Assembly: GCF_000143415.4 (NCBI RefSeq)
Contig: NW_003314261.1
Location: 6,542,817 to 6,606,816 of the forward strand
Reading direction: 5' to 3'
DNA: 64,000 nucleotides
Source: Selaginella moellendorffii
Lineage: Eukaryota; Plantae; Lycopodiophyta
The notes beneath the pieces are model-generated. The model had not been told where the DNA came from, searched no databases, and saw nothing but the letters and a program-made list of their open reading frames with translations. The translations under genes were made by a program, and so were the position numbers. How positions within the stretch are numbered: the stretch's first letter is position 1; each line of letters starts with the position of its first letter. Positions 47,204 through 60,300 of the stretch are shown here, one piece after another.

Positions 47204-47619
47204 TTGGATCTTGGTAGAAATGTGGACTGCTGTGCAAGGAGATTCGAAACCATTCAATTGGATCGAAGCAACCAAATCGAGAGCTCTTGCTAGTTACCTT
47301 GACGAAGAAACTTAGGCTTTCCTTGCCTCAACTTGCTCTAGCTTGGCTCTAGGCTTCCCTTTTATACCTCGGACCGGGATCAAAATTTTCTCAATCCAAG
47401 TCTTGGTAGATGGAGCTATTGTAGGCGATTGCGGCAGGAAAGCTTCCGGTCTTTCTACAGTTAAAGGATTTGGTTGGTGAGGTCGCGTTTCCTTCGTCAA
47501 AGCCGTGTGTTCCAGCCAAACCATTTTCTTTCTCTTCTTTGAGCACGCAAAGATGGGTTCAAAAAACTATGAATTAAATTTAGGGCTTGTTTCTTTACAG
47601 ATTTATTGTTGCACAACGA

Positions 47620-48590
47620 CCTTGACTAGCGCACGTTGTTTGTTGCAAGACTGTGGGAAAAATCTTGGTGTTCTAGCATAGCTTTGAGCCCGTGCTTGCA
47701 AGCAAATCCTCGCATTTGGACCTCTCTCGCAAGTGAATCACCAGGAACTCGTCCGGTGGTAGCCCGGCTCGGCCTTCTCCCAAGTGTTGCTTGCCACGGG
47801 CTAGAACTCCAGTAGGATCCCACAAGAGTTTGCGTAAGTTGTCAGCCTATCTCCGGTTTGACGCATCACAGCTTCCGCCGTGTGGGTGAACTCGATCCCA
47901 GTGATCATCATCTTTTCTGGAGGACCTTCCGCTCGCCGGGAAAGAGCTTCGATGAGCGATGGCCACTGGTAGCCGTAGAGGATCCCATAGTCAACTATGT
48001 GGAGATATTTACGCTCCCCGGCAAGCCTCGGGGATGGTCTGGTTCGCGAAGAACTCGGTGGCTCGAAGGATCGGGAGGTTCATTTGTACGGCCAGAGTCT
48101 GCCTGGTGCTCAGCTCACGTCCCTGCACATGATGTGATGCATTTGAGCTCCGTATCTTCTCAATCTCGCGACGAGTGCATTGGTGAAGTAGAGCGCTGAT
48201 CGTGAACTCTCTCCCGACGAGGCAAGCCTTGTCAATGCTTCTGCATGCCGGATCTTTGGCGTCCGCTGCTTGTGCACAAGCCATGTGGAGACCCTCGAAG
48301 TGTGCCGGATCGCTCGTGAGTGGATCACTAGGAGGACGAGCAGCTCCACCAGGGCGACGACCAGCGGCACCAGGAACTGCTGGTCGAGCTCATCGCGACA
48401 ATCTCTTCCGAATCTCCATCGGGGGCTTCTTCTCCACCTGGTCGAGGATGTCTTGGATGCATTTGAGCCTGGAGTTTGAGGGCTTTTCTATGGGAATCCC
48501 CGGGCGAGGATAGATTGACGGGCTTGAGACGTACCTGGTGCTGGAGGAGCGCCAGCTGGAGCTTGGAGCACAGATATTCGTGTCCCATTA
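47620..48590 (-). pseudogene. Degenerate GRAS gene copy
   Basis: LLQHQVRLKPV, ALYFTNALVARLRRYGAQM, QMNLPILRATEFFANQTI match the 49118-50614 gene but with frameshifts and deletions. Confidence 0.85.
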
Positions 48591-49117
48591 TTTTGATTTC
48601 CTTGGTGCATAGTTTTGATTTCCACGATGGAGTGCGCGGAATCCGCAGTATCTGTAACTGTCAATCACTTTTCACAAACATTTTGACAAATCGTGGCTCC
48701 ATTTTCTCTTGCACAGTGTGTATAACATATTTGTTCACAGTTTCCATTTAGTATATGTTTTAGATCCTAATTGCAAATGTGGAAGTGTCAACTAAAGAGC
48801 CGCAGGAATGTAGCTCGAAAATTCCCGAATGCCTCAATTCAGCTACAAAAAAGACGAACAAAACTTGCTCTAGAACAGCTAATGAACTGGCAAGAACTTC
48901 CCTTGCAAGAGCGTCAAGAAATGGAAAACATGCTGCAGCCCCAGATGCTGCGAAAAGGTATTCCAACTCTCTTTAAAAGATGAACAAACTTTTATAAACA
49001 GATTTAAGTACTATATGAAGTCTAAAACATCTCTCTTCTACCTTCAAATTTTCTTGGGCACCTTATCCATTGTTAGGCGCCCAGCTTTGGTATTTCTTGT
49101 CAGGTGATCACCTAATC

Positions 49118-50614
49118 TTAATTTTTTTCCTTAATGAAGGGGAAAGTACTACACATTGGTTGCCATGCACTCATCGCCGTCAAAGTCACATCTTTCCATC
49201 CCAGAAGCAGCCACTTCTCATCGATTCCATACGTGAACTTCTTGTGGCTCGTCCACACAAGCTTGACCATTTGCAGCGCTTGATTGCTGATGGGCAGCTT
49301 CTCAAACCCTGCTCTCGTTGCCAAATAGTTCCAGGTTTTGTACGAGCTGAGGCGTTCAATCCGATCGGCTCCCTCGCAGGCCACCATGTTCATGACGGTC
49401 TTCTCCATCAACCTGTTGAGATACTCGAGCTTGGGCGGATCAATCACTTGCATAGTCTCTTCAATCTGCTCCATTCTGATGTGGATATCTCTCCAGGCCT
49501 CCCGGAAGCGGTGAATGAAAAACGGGGAGCTCAAGTCGGTGGTAACCACACACTGCACGAACAATGCTGGCTTGAGCCTAGCAATGTTCTTGAAGAAAAT
49601 CTTCCTGGGGCTCTCCATTAGGATGTAACCATCCTCTCTCAAGTGCCTCATTCGCAGCTTACAGTTGATAACCAAGAACTCGTCCGAGGAAAGGTGGTAC
49701 CGCGGCTCGGCCTTCTCCCAAGTGTTGCTTACCACGGGCTGGAACTCCAGTGGGACCCCGCACGACTTTGCGTACGCTATCAAGCCCTCGCCAGTTTGAC
49801 GCATTGAGGCTTCCGCAATGCTCGTAAGCTCGATCCCGGTAATCATCATCTTCTTTGGAGGGCCTTCGTCTCGCTGGGAGAGAGCTTCGATGAGCGATGG
49901 CCATTGGCAGCCGTAGAAGATCCCATAGTCAACTATGTGAAGCTTAAGGTTCCTCTGTCCCCGGCAAGCCTCGAGGATAGTCTGGTTCGCAAAAAATTCG
50001 GTGGCTCGGAGAACTGGGAGGTTCATTTGCACTGCCAATGTCTGCCTGATGCTCACCTCCTTGGACATGATTCTATACATTTGGGCGCCGTATCCTCTCA
50101 GCCTTGCGACGAGGGCATTAGTGAAATAGAGCACTGCTCGATGGAGGGAGCTCTCTCCAGAATATGCAAAGCTTGTCAGTTCTTCCACGAGCTCGTACGC
50201 TTGTGCTGAGTCGTTGGCGGCCACTGCTTCAGCACATGCCACTAGCAGACCCTCCAAATCTGCTCCATCGCTCCTCGCGAGCACTGGATTACTAGCCGGA
50301 GAAGTGGGCGCTTGGAGCTCATCTTGATCTGATGAACAGGAGGAAGAAGGGTAAGAAGAGACGATTGCTGTGAGCTCATCCAGCAATCCGCTAAGAACCT
50401 GCTGGGCCTCCTGGCTAGAATCCTCGGGCTCATCCTCCTGGTCGAGCATCTCCTGGATGAACTGGAGCCTGGAATCGTCGTAGACTTTGAGAGTTTCGTG
50501 AGAATCCCTGGAAGAGCTAAAAGGTACGGGCTTCAGACGCACCTGATGCTGGAGGAGGACCCTTTGGAGCTTGGAACTCAAATCAGCGTGACCCATGATG
50601 AGAAAAAGTCGCAT
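49118..50614 (-). CDS. GRAS transcription factor (LISCL/SCL9-like)
   Basis: LLVACAEAVA, FFANQTIL, LHIVDYGIFYGCQWPSLI (VHIID), NMVACEG, C-terminal WLLLGWK...SAW; intronless. Confidence 0.92.
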   Translation of the reverse strand: MRLFLIMGHADLSSKLQRVLLQHQVRLKPVPFSSSRDSHETLKVYDDSRLQFIQEMLDQEDEPEDSSQEAQQVLSGLLDELTAIVSSYPSSSCSSDQDELQAPTSPASNPVLARSDGADLEGLLVACAEAVAANDSAQAYELVEELTSFAYSGESSLHRAVLYFTNALVARLRGYGAQMYRIMSKEVSIRQTLAVQMNLPVLRATEFFANQTILEACRGQRNLKLHIVDYGIFYGCQWPSLIEALSQRDEGPPKKMMITGIELTSIAEASMRQTGEGLIAYAKSCGVPLEFQPVVSNTWEKAEPRYHLSSDEFLVINCKLRMRHLREDGYILMESPRKIFFKNIARLKPALFVQCVVTTDLSSPFFIHRFREAWRDIHIRMEQIEETMQVIDPPKLEYLNRLMEKTVMNMVACEGADRIERLSSYKTWNYLATRAGFEKLPISNQALQMVKLVWTSHKKFTYGIDEKWLLLGWKDVTLTAMSAWQPMCSTFPFIKEKN

Positions 50615-52001
50615 GTCCAAGCTTGATTATTGGTTCACTTTATTGAGAGCTTGGAGCATTTGTGCCACGTGGCCGATATTCTCGGCCATTTGGTCCCACC
50701 TAGTCTAGATGTTATTTTGCAGGTTAACACATGATTTTATTTAATGTCCACTTTTGTAAATTATATGATGACATTTGATGGGCATATTCATTTTCCCACT
50801 TTAATTTGTTTTTCTTCATCCTAAAATTAGATTTCTTTTCAAATTTAGTATCATTGGAGAGGTTATGATGTGGAATTGCTATAATAATGAGAAAACATAT
50901 AGATTAAATTTCATGTTTCTACATATTTTTGGTGTAGTTAAAATTGTTTAGCTTAATGTATGTTATGAAGAATCTAAAAGCCTTATATAAACAATTATGG
51001 ATGTAAATTATGCCTTATTTATTGTGGCAAATCTTAGATATTACATTGTAAAAGAAGGCTTTTAATATAGAAAAATCATTTTTGCAAGTTTATTGTTCTT
51101 ATAAAGTATTTTTGTTCTTCTTAAAAAATTTACAAATTGAAAACTAAAATGAAAGTAAGATTAATAATGATATTTCAAGTGAGTAAAATTAAATATATCA
51201 TGAGGTAAAGTGTCTATAAATTTTAAATTTAATTGTTTTATTGTTCTTTATTTTTTCAATTTAACTATGAAATCAATCTAAATGTCATAGCCATTAGGCT
51301 ACAGCAAACTTATCACAAAACTTGGTTCCACAGATGCCAAATGTTATTCATTACAAGCCTAAATAAGACTATGTATAAGGCAAATCTGAATAAAACTATG
51401 TATAAGGAGTTTACTAAGACTATTAGCGGCTTCGTTTTTTTCTACATATGCTTGTGAAGCAAAAAAATATTCTATTACTCATAGAGAAATAATAGGGTGT
51501 ATATGCGAATTGTAAAAGGTATTATTAAATTTAATTTTAATTTTTTTCAAATGTATTTTAACTTAATGTCATTTTTTTAAAAGATCAAGACGGCTTTTAT
51601 GAAAATGGATGCTTTGGAGTTAACAGTTATTTCCCTCAATGACAAATCATTTTTCAACATCCTTGTAAATTATTTAAATGCCCATAAAGTTGCAAGGAAT
51701 TAATTTTTTGATATATCGTAGATAAATCCACTGAAATTATGCTCAGAATGATAAAAAATTTATTAAATAAGACTAAGGTTCAAGATTAATCTCTTGAATT
51801 TAAACTTCTTAGGGCTTAATATTATTTAAACACAAAGACATTTAACCTCAAATATCCAAAATCCCTTAACTAAAAGGAAAAAAATTTTATTCATGGACTA
51901 TTTTCATTTTATATTTAAACCTCTATAGATAATTTTTTATATTTAAACCCTATATATCATCTTTTGATAATAGAATAGAAAATGACTTTACAATTAAGTG
52001 A

Positions 52002-53986
52002 TGTAAGCGACTAATTTTTCCATTCTACTTTAGTCACTTAACCACACCTCCGACCACTTGGAGGAGTCTCATTCACAACCTCCATAAGTTCAATCCAGGA
52101 CTTGGGACTTGCTAGCCCCGAGAATGGCATCCATGCCACTCAACATTTGCACTTGGTCCAAGTGCTCCACGTGTCCGATCCCATGACCGACACTCAAAGG
52201 TACCACCGACATAGCAGCCCATTACGCTAAGGCCATGCCCAATCACCTTTGCCACACTGGTAGTCCAATACCACTTGCATCACAGTCTTGGCTCTCCAAG
52301 ACTGGGCCATCTGTCCACGAGTGGTCATCCTAGATCCACTCCTTAGCATCCTTAGGATGCCCACAGACCGGGGGAATCGCCTTCCCCAAAGTCCCTTTTG
52401 TCAGTTCCTACCAAGTCCCTTTCTGCCCCTGGCCGTGTTTGCCAACACTGCCACTGGATCGAGGCCCACAGGCCCGACCACTAAGTTCCACGGTCCTCTG
52501 GGACTCCCTCACCACACGACTGTGTCCTTGGTCACTACCACAGAGGACTGCTCCTCTTCCTTTCCACAGTCTAGGCCTTTGGGACAACATTTCGGAACAC
52601 CGTGGCCTTACGCGAGCCACCTGGGTACTCTCCCCGCCTTTCGCCTTTAGGTGCTCTAGCCATGGGCTTAGAGCGAGGTTCCGTTGAGCCACGCCTGGTA
52701 TCCAAGTAGGTAGTGCCACCCACACTTGGACTGGGAGCATCGGCCAGTCGATCTCCCGGGGGAACTAGAGCCGGCTCTTGAACACTTCACCAAGCTACCT
52801 CGCTTGTCGGTCCGTGTTCACTCTAGTCTTGGACTTCCCAGTGGGCAGCTCATCACCCAACACTGGGTCCGGCCTTCCTGGGCCAAACTGGCCTTTCCTG
52901 GCCAAACTGGCTCCATTGCAGTCCTCCCCCTTACTATACTTTTGGAGCTCACCAAACCCCCAAGGGTCTGGGAGACGAACGCTTTGGGCTTTCACCCTCT
53001 CAGGCTCCGGACTCGGACTCGGACTCAGACTCGGACTCGGATTCGGATTCGGACTCGGGCTCGGGCTCGGGCTCGGCCTCGGCCTCGGCCTCGGCCTCGG
53101 GCTCGGCCTCGGCCTCGGTCTCGGTCCCGATCTCGGTCTCGGTCTCGGTCTCGGTCTCGATCTCGTTCTCGGTCTCGACTTCGGACTCCATCTCGGACTC
53201 CATCTTGGACTCCATCTCGGACTCCATCTCGGGTCCATCTCGGGTCCATCTCGGACTCCATCTCGGACTCCATCTCGGACTCCATCTCGGGTCCATCTCG
53301 GACTCCATCTCGGACTCCATTTCGGGTCCATCTCGGACTCCATTTTGGGTCCATCTCGGGTCCATCTCGGACTCCATCTCGGACTCCATCTCAGACTCCA
53401 TCTCGGGTCCATCTCGGACTCCATCTCGGACTCCATCTCGGACTCCATCTCGGGTCCATCTCGGGTCCATCTCGGACTCCATCTCGGACTCCATTTCGGG
53501 TCCATCTCGGGTCCATCTCGGACTCCATCTCGGACTCCATCTCGGGTCCATCTCGGGTCCATCTCGGACTCCATCTCGGACTCCATTTCGGGTCCATCTC
53601 GGGTCCATCTCGGACTCCACTTCGGACTCCAACTCGGGTCCACCTCGGACTCCACTTCAGACTCCATCTCGGACTCCATTTCGGGTCCATCTCGGGTCCA
53701 TCTCGGACTCCACTTCGGGTCCACCTCGGACTCCACTTCGGACTCCATCTCGGACACTCCCACGTGTCATGTGTTGGTCCTTTTGGGTCCCTTTTTGGAG
53801 CCTCGCCTTTTGCTCGCTTCGTGCTCGTTCCTCGAGCACTTCGTTGGGAGTTCCACTCCCGCTCTTGACTTTTCAAGTCGGAGCTTTTGGTCCAAACGTG
53901 TTACGCTCGTTTGGCTCTCGCTTCGGCCTCTACCATGTGGCACCCTTCCGGCTCCACTTTGGGGCCTAGGGATTTTGTGTCTCACA
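52002..53986. mobile_element. Solo LTR (~1985 bp) with 5-bp TSD AGTGA
   Basis: Begins TGTAAG at 52002 and ends CTCACA at 53986; AGTGA at 51997-52001 and 53987-53991; sharp GC step against AT-rich flanks. Confidence 0.75.
53004..53760. repeat. Compound satellite: (CTCGGN)n hexamers, then 12-mer CTCCATCTCGGA mixed with 11-mer GTCCATCTCGG
   Basis: Directly visible; explains the low-complexity ORFs in all frames. Confidence 0.95.
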
Positions 53987-54782
53987 AGTGATTGCTTATA
54001 AAAAAGTGGTACAAGGAGTTCCAAAATATAGTAAAGATAGTAAGGCTAAAGACTTAGTCTTGATGAAACTCTCTAATAATATTTCTTAACTAAATTTAAG
54101 TTGGAACTAGGGATTAATAAAATTTAGTTTAATAGCAATTCCCACTTTTAAAAAGGAAATTGACTCTAGTGTTTTTAGCTTAGGTAGAATGGTGTTTCAC
54201 TTGAGTACCATAAAGATTATTACTCTTTATCTTTTCCCTTTGGGATGGAGGTGGGGAGTTGAGGTACTTATACCAGACCATTAAGCCACAGTATTTTCCT
54301 TTGAAATTTTGAATTAAAAGATTCACCTAAAGCTTAGGATTTATAAAGTCATATGAATAAATTTTATTGTACTATAGGATGTTAAAAATTTGGAGGCTTA
54401 GTTTACTCACTATTTATGCTTATGAAGAGTGTAAATAACTTTAAATCCAATCTAACATAGGGAAAGGGGATTAGAAGAGAATTTAGAATTTTGTGAAAAG
54501 ATGAGTATCACTTTATTGCTCATGTAGTGCAAAGGAAAAATAATTCTGAGGCACTAGCTCCATTTGGATTTGTTACACTTGTCCTCATTCTACCACTATA
54601 TTCAACTTCATTTCACTATTGTATTAATTGTGCTTCACTATATCGGGGTTGGATGTTTCATTTTGACTCATTATGTTTATCCTTACTTCACAATTTATAT
54701 TATTCATTTTTGCTCCACTATTATATTCATTCGTCTTCACTCTATCATTGGGGTTAAAATTCCCGTCCATCCCCTCTACGCC

Positions 54783-55175
54783 TGTTAGGCACCAGGTCAG
54801 GATAATAGGATAAGGAAAGGGCCCTACAATCAAGTGATCACCCCTTTAGCCAGTTGGCTTAGGGTGTAAGGGATAGGATCCTAACAATGGTATCGGAGCT
54901 TAGTTCGATTCTCGTGGCTGACGAGTGGGGCAAAAATATTCTAAAGGAATATTCAACATGGTGAATCTAGAGGGAGAACCAAGGTTTGGTAGACCCTAAG
55001 AGAAGGACCATGGTGACCGGAGGATGGCCTAAGTATGATCGAGGACGATCATTCCCTGACGAGGGGAGGATTGTTAGGCACCAGGTCAGGATAATAGGAT
55101 AAAGAAAGGGCCCTACAATCAAGTGATCACCCCTTTAGCCAGTTGGCTTAGGGTGTAAGGGATAGGATCCTAACA
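54783..55175 (+). mobile_element. Complete TRIM (terminal-repeat retrotransposon in miniature), 393 bp
   Basis: Two 104-bp LTRs (54783-54886, 55072-55175; TGTTAGG...CCTAACA; one mismatch seen), PBS TGGTATCGGAGC (54888-54899), PPT GAGGGGAGGA (55061-55070), TSD ACGCC on both sides. Confidence 0.93.
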
Positions 55176-56801
55176 ACGCCCTCATTTGAAAAAAAAAAAG
55201 TTTAAAGTGTCAAGGCAAAAAGGAGAAAATGAAAAAGGGAGGAAGAAATATTGTGGAAAAAGAAAAAGTGGATAAAGAAATTTTGAGAAGAAATTTTTAA
55301 CAATTGTCAAAGTAAAAATAGGAAAAAAAGAAAGAAAGAAATATGTTCAAAGTTTAGAGAACAAAGGATTTATTGTGATAAAATACTTTGGCTAACACGA
55401 AATAAGTAAAAAATTCATACTGCTCAACCTCATTAACACACAATTTAATATTTAAGATAAGAAAATTAATAGTACTCTCAGAAGAACACATAAAACCCTC
55501 AATAGCAACAATAAAACAAACACTTTCAACAACACTCATAATCAAAGATATGCACTCAACCCAAAATACTAGCCAAAATAATTTAACCTTAGAGATAGGG
55601 GAATACTCAACAGTACAATTAATCGAAGACTTTGCCAAAGAAACAAAAATAAGATTCTCAACTTTCTGCACACACTCAAGATTTAAATTAGTATAAAGAG
55701 GATAAAAAATATTCAACTCAACACTAAATTGAAAATGAGAATCATAAAAGTAAAAAATGATCAATATGCCAGAAAAAGGAAATATTGTAGATAAGGAAGG
55801 AACATTAAGAATATATGTCTTAAGTCAAAAAATAAAAAAAGATTAGGAAAGAACAAAAGGTAAAGAAAAAGGATTAAATCACAAATTAAAAGATTAATAT
55901 CTATTCCTTTTTAAACATTTATAAACATTATAAATGGTAAAGAACTTAAATTGTTTTCCCTACAAAATCTTCAACTTATCTCCAAAGTTATCTCCATAAT
56001 AATCAAGCTCCTTATCACAATCCAAAATCCATTCAAGCTTGTAAATATTATACTCTTATAAATTTGATCCTCAAATATTCTCCAAGAACCAAATTACATT
56101 ATCCATAGCTTGCCAATTGATATCACGCTCCACATCAACAAAAGATGGCAAAACACCAAGAATAGAATAAACTATGTAATTACGTCCCAAAGAAGTTGGA
56201 GATAGCAACATATCAAGGATGAGTGCAACACTAATATAATTACACCTCACAACACCAAAAGTTCAATCTAACAGAGCAATATTGGCAACAAGTGAAATAC
56301 TTCTGGATTAATGAAAGTGTGGTATAATATAAGAAGAGAATACAATAAATATCAGAAGAAAGAGTAAATCTAAGCACAGTGATAATTAAAGTTTTAGATT
56401 TCACAAAAAGCTAACATAAATCTAAATCTAAAAGAGAATGAAGAAATAAAAATAAAAAACACCTGAACACTATGTAAAACACTACGAAAAAACTTTGCCT
56501 TTTAAAGATAAATTGCAGTATATGAATAAATATATTAATTGAGGTTTAGCCCATTATTTATATACAAGAATGAATGGACCATATTCAGCTTCAAATGGAT
56601 AATTTATATGCTATAGTATTATAATGCCTAGCCAGAGTAATACATGTATATACATGTATATATTTACAAACCTTACAAATTGAAATTTAAAGTAATGAAT
56701 CAAAAATTGAAAATACGGATTATTGTTAAAAGTTAATTAGCTACAACTTAAATGCGAGCATATGCCAAGCATAACTGGCTTTAGGGTTTTTCTTGGGGCT
56801 C

Positions 56802-57791
56802 ATGGGAATTTCACTAGCAGTAGGCATTCCCGCGGCTCTCATCCTCGCGGCGGGGGCGGCATTGAACGGCAGCATCCGCCATCGGATCTTCCTCCTCCCT
56901 CTCCTCCACACTTCACTGATCGGATTCACTGTAGCCCTCTTCTCCCACCCGGGCATCAACAATCCGCGCATTCTCGCCAAATCCTTGCACGGCTCCTTCC
57001 CGCTCTGGAGCTCCCTCCTCTTCTATCCCTACCTCGCCGGTACGCGGCTCTACGTCCGATTCCGCCGGCGCGCGGGCCTCGAGGCCACCTACACGGAGAT
57101 TTGCGATGGATTGTTCGTGGGCGCGTGGCCATTCCAGCGCGATCACATCCCTCCGGGCAATCCCGCGGTCGTGGATTGCACCAACGAGCTACCCAGGACG
57201 GTGGGATTGGAGCTTCCCTATGTGTGCATCCCGGCCTGGGATACCAGATCGCCATCGCCGGAGGCCATCGAGCTAGCCGTGCGCTGGGCTCTCGTCAAGC
57301 GCTCCCAGAACCATCCCATTCTCATCCACTGTGCCAAAGGTAGGCTTCCCCATCACTCTTTTTTCTTTCTTTCTTCTTTTGCCATAGGCTAGGCCTAGTT
57401 GAAAAACAATGTTTTGATTGTCTTCTTTCAGCATTCTTTCGATTGGCATTTTGTTCCTCTGCATTGATGATCTTTCCCTCTTTCTTGCTCGGATTTTTAT
57501 CGGCGCGCATTGAGCGTGCTTTAGTTTTCATCTTGGCTGGCGGGGCGGGCCTTAGACGATTTGGATGCTTGTTGTTCGTGCACAGGTCATGGGCGTAGTG
57601 TGGCTGTTACGTGCGCGCTGCTGGTGGCATTGGGCGTGGTGGGCGACTGGAAGGAAGGCGAGAGCCTGATCAAGAGACACCGCCCACGGATCCGTCTCAA
57701 TGCAGCCCAAAGGAAATCTCTTCAAGAATGGCGTAAGTCTCAAACAGAGAACCTTTTTACCTCTCTCTCGCTCTGTAGATACCGGGGTTGA
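56802..57791 (+). CDS. Membrane-anchored dual-specificity phosphatase-like protein (YnbD-like); intron 57340-57585
   Basis: TM N-terminus, GLFVGAWP, VVDCTNELP, WDTRSP, spliced catalytic loop HCAK-GHGRS (CX5R). 3' end may be further spliced. Confidence 0.88.
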
Positions 57792-58436
57792 TTTTTATTC
57801 TTGTGTTATGTATCAGAGCTTCGGCGGTATTGATATGTTATGTACTGATGGTCTTCGTATTTGTTAATGCTGAACCTTGAAACTGAGCTCTTCGTGAAAT
57901 ATACTTCTCTTAGTACTGATTTTAGACAAGCTTTATTAGATATTTGGGATATTTGTCACTTTGATTCATGAGGTATTTTTCTACTTGTTTCATGTGAAAT
58001 ATTTATATACTTTTCTTATGCTCACTTTGATCTAGGAGGTATTATTTTAGAGCTGGTTCAACAGCCATTACTTCTGGATGCACCGGGCTCCCCAGCTTTG
58101 CAGGAAATCAAACGCATGAAGCTCGAGAGCTCTTTGATGCCATTCCCCAGGCTCAAGAGGACTTAATTTTCTTAATTTAATCGAAAGCTTCAATGTGCCT
58201 CAGCCGCTAGCTCTAGCTAAGGTGGCAATTTCAGCAACAGGTAGTAGAAAATTCACAGCTGTGAAGACTTCCCTTTATTTATATCGAACCTGTCTATGTC
58301 TACTGTAATTTACGTCATCTCGCATATAATTGAGGCACACGTACCATCTTACTACGAGCATTTAAGCGGAGATCATATCATCCTCCCTAAATAGCAGTAG
58401 CTCTCCCAATCTACGCCCAAGTTACTCCTGTTCACA

Positions 58437-60015
58437 ATGGCTCACACCCCAAATCCAGAATCCCCATTGCTCAAGCTCCCCCGCTTCTTCTCTCTCAAAG
58501 CCGACAATGGTAAGTACCTCATGCTCAAGTCCGATGGCACCCTTGCATTCGAGTCCGACACCACCACCCGGTACACCACACACGAGGCGGTCTACAATGC
58601 CAATGATTCCAACGCCTCCTTCGTCATTTGCTCCGCCAACAAGCACTTCTGGCGCCGCCACTCCTCCACCTCTGCCGTGGTAGCCGACCTCAAGAACCCG
58701 CCCAGCGACACCGATGCCTCAAACCGGTTCAAGCTCCAGCCCGAGGTCGCCCCAGGAAAGGTGGCACTCTCCTCCGTCCAAGACGGTCTCTTCCTCAAGC
58801 GCTTCAACACCCAGTACCGCGCGTTGCTCGAGGAGCCCAATGAGATCTTTGCCATGGTAGAAGTGGTGGAGTCGTCCTACTACGTTGTCAACATGCCCGA
58901 GTACGTGGGTTTCAAAGGTAGCAATGCCAAATACCTCACGTGCTTGGTCGATTACCCTGTCATACTGGATCCGTTCGCGCTCACAGAAGAATCTGCTGAC
59001 GTTCGTCTTACCACCCACCAGGTACTGCTGTTTTCGTCTTTCATCTGCTTGCTTCCATTCGCAGCCCCCTTACCAGGTGGAGTATCTCCTGAACGGCAAG
59101 ATAGCTCTTCGATCCAACCAAGCCGCCTCCTGGACTTCAAACAATTACTGGAAGGCGTCCCAGTGGATTACACCGGACGGTGACACTCCCGACCACCCTG
59201 AATGCCAGTTCGATCCAGTCCGAGTGAACAGCACCACAGTTGCTCTCAAGAGTGCCAATGGCCTCTACTGCAAGCGTGGAAGCCCGTCCTTCACCAACGC
59301 TCCGGACGCGATCTTTGCTGAGGCATCCGACTACGAGGAAACGTCAAGCCACCTCGTGGTCGAAGAAGCTGTGATGAGCAGGCAAATCTTTAACGTGACT
59401 TACCTGCTAGATCTGGCGAGTGCAAGCGAGGAGGAGCCAATCGGTGTCGCCTATGGATCTGCCACGAACAAGGGCAGTGAGCCTGCAGAGATGGAGATCA
59501 GCGTGAGCAAGACCACCACAGTGAGCAACACCAGGTCCTTCCACAACTCGTTCACCTTCTCCCAGAGCATCACGCAGACTTTGACGCTCGGTGTGCCGTT
59601 CTTTGCCGACGAGAGCACCGAGATCCAGATCGGAGCCGAGCAAGAGTTTGGAAACCAGTGGGACGAGACTTTGTCCGAGGAAGTCGCTTATCAGACGACT
59701 TACAAAGTGACGATTCCTCCAGGGAAAACGGTACGTATGAGAATTTGCCTGTGCGCCTTTGCTCGATTGATTAACTGACATCCTCTGCTATCCATCCAGG
59801 GAACTGTGCAGGTTGTGATCAGCACTGCGAAACTGGCCGTCCCGTTCCACTACAAGACGAGGGACACGTCGCTCAATGGTGTGGAGCGTGAGCCTGTGGA
59901 TCGCATCGACGGTGTCTTTGATGGTGTGCTGGCTTACAGGACTGATGCGGAGATATATGACGGTACCAAGACATACCGCATCCCTGTTCCCATGAAACTC
60001 AACGTTACGAAATAG
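58437..60015 (+). CDS. Amaranthin-like lectin (2 agglutinin domains) fused to an aerolysin/natterin-type pore-forming domain (Hfr-2-like); introns 59022-59076 and 59731-59799
   Basis: LPRFFSLKADNGKYL, MPEYVGFKGSNAKYL, VALKSANGLYCKR, LVVEEAVMSRQIFNVTY, S/T-rich hairpin, IPPGK, VPFHY...DGVFDGV. Confidence 0.88.
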
Positions 60016-60300
60016 AACACTCTACCTTGGTGATAATAAGAACTAAAAGATCCGTACAATCGCGAGTTATAAATAAATCTGTACTAACACTGAAAAATAT
60101 CCATCCGCATTCATATTTCGCGAACACCGTATAGTAAATCCATACTTGAGAAATGCCAGATTCACCAACTTTTGTATGAATTCTAGGGACCCTCAACTTT
60201 GCATCCACCTATGATTTTATCCTTACACTTATTTATAAAAACAAAATATTTGGAGCATTGCCTTGAACGGCGATCTAAAACTAAAACTTTCGAAAGAAGA

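Noticed and set aside
53180-53760. CRISPR-like regular repeats
   Set aside because: Tandem 11/12-mers without unique spacers; eukaryotic context; no cas genes.
52726-54001. Long ORFs (up to 407 aa) in multiple frames
   Set aside because: Produced by the stop-free satellite inside the solo LTR; low complexity, no domain.
55200-56700. AT-rich, strand-biased DNA as a possible transposon
   Set aside because: No termini or protein motifs recognised.
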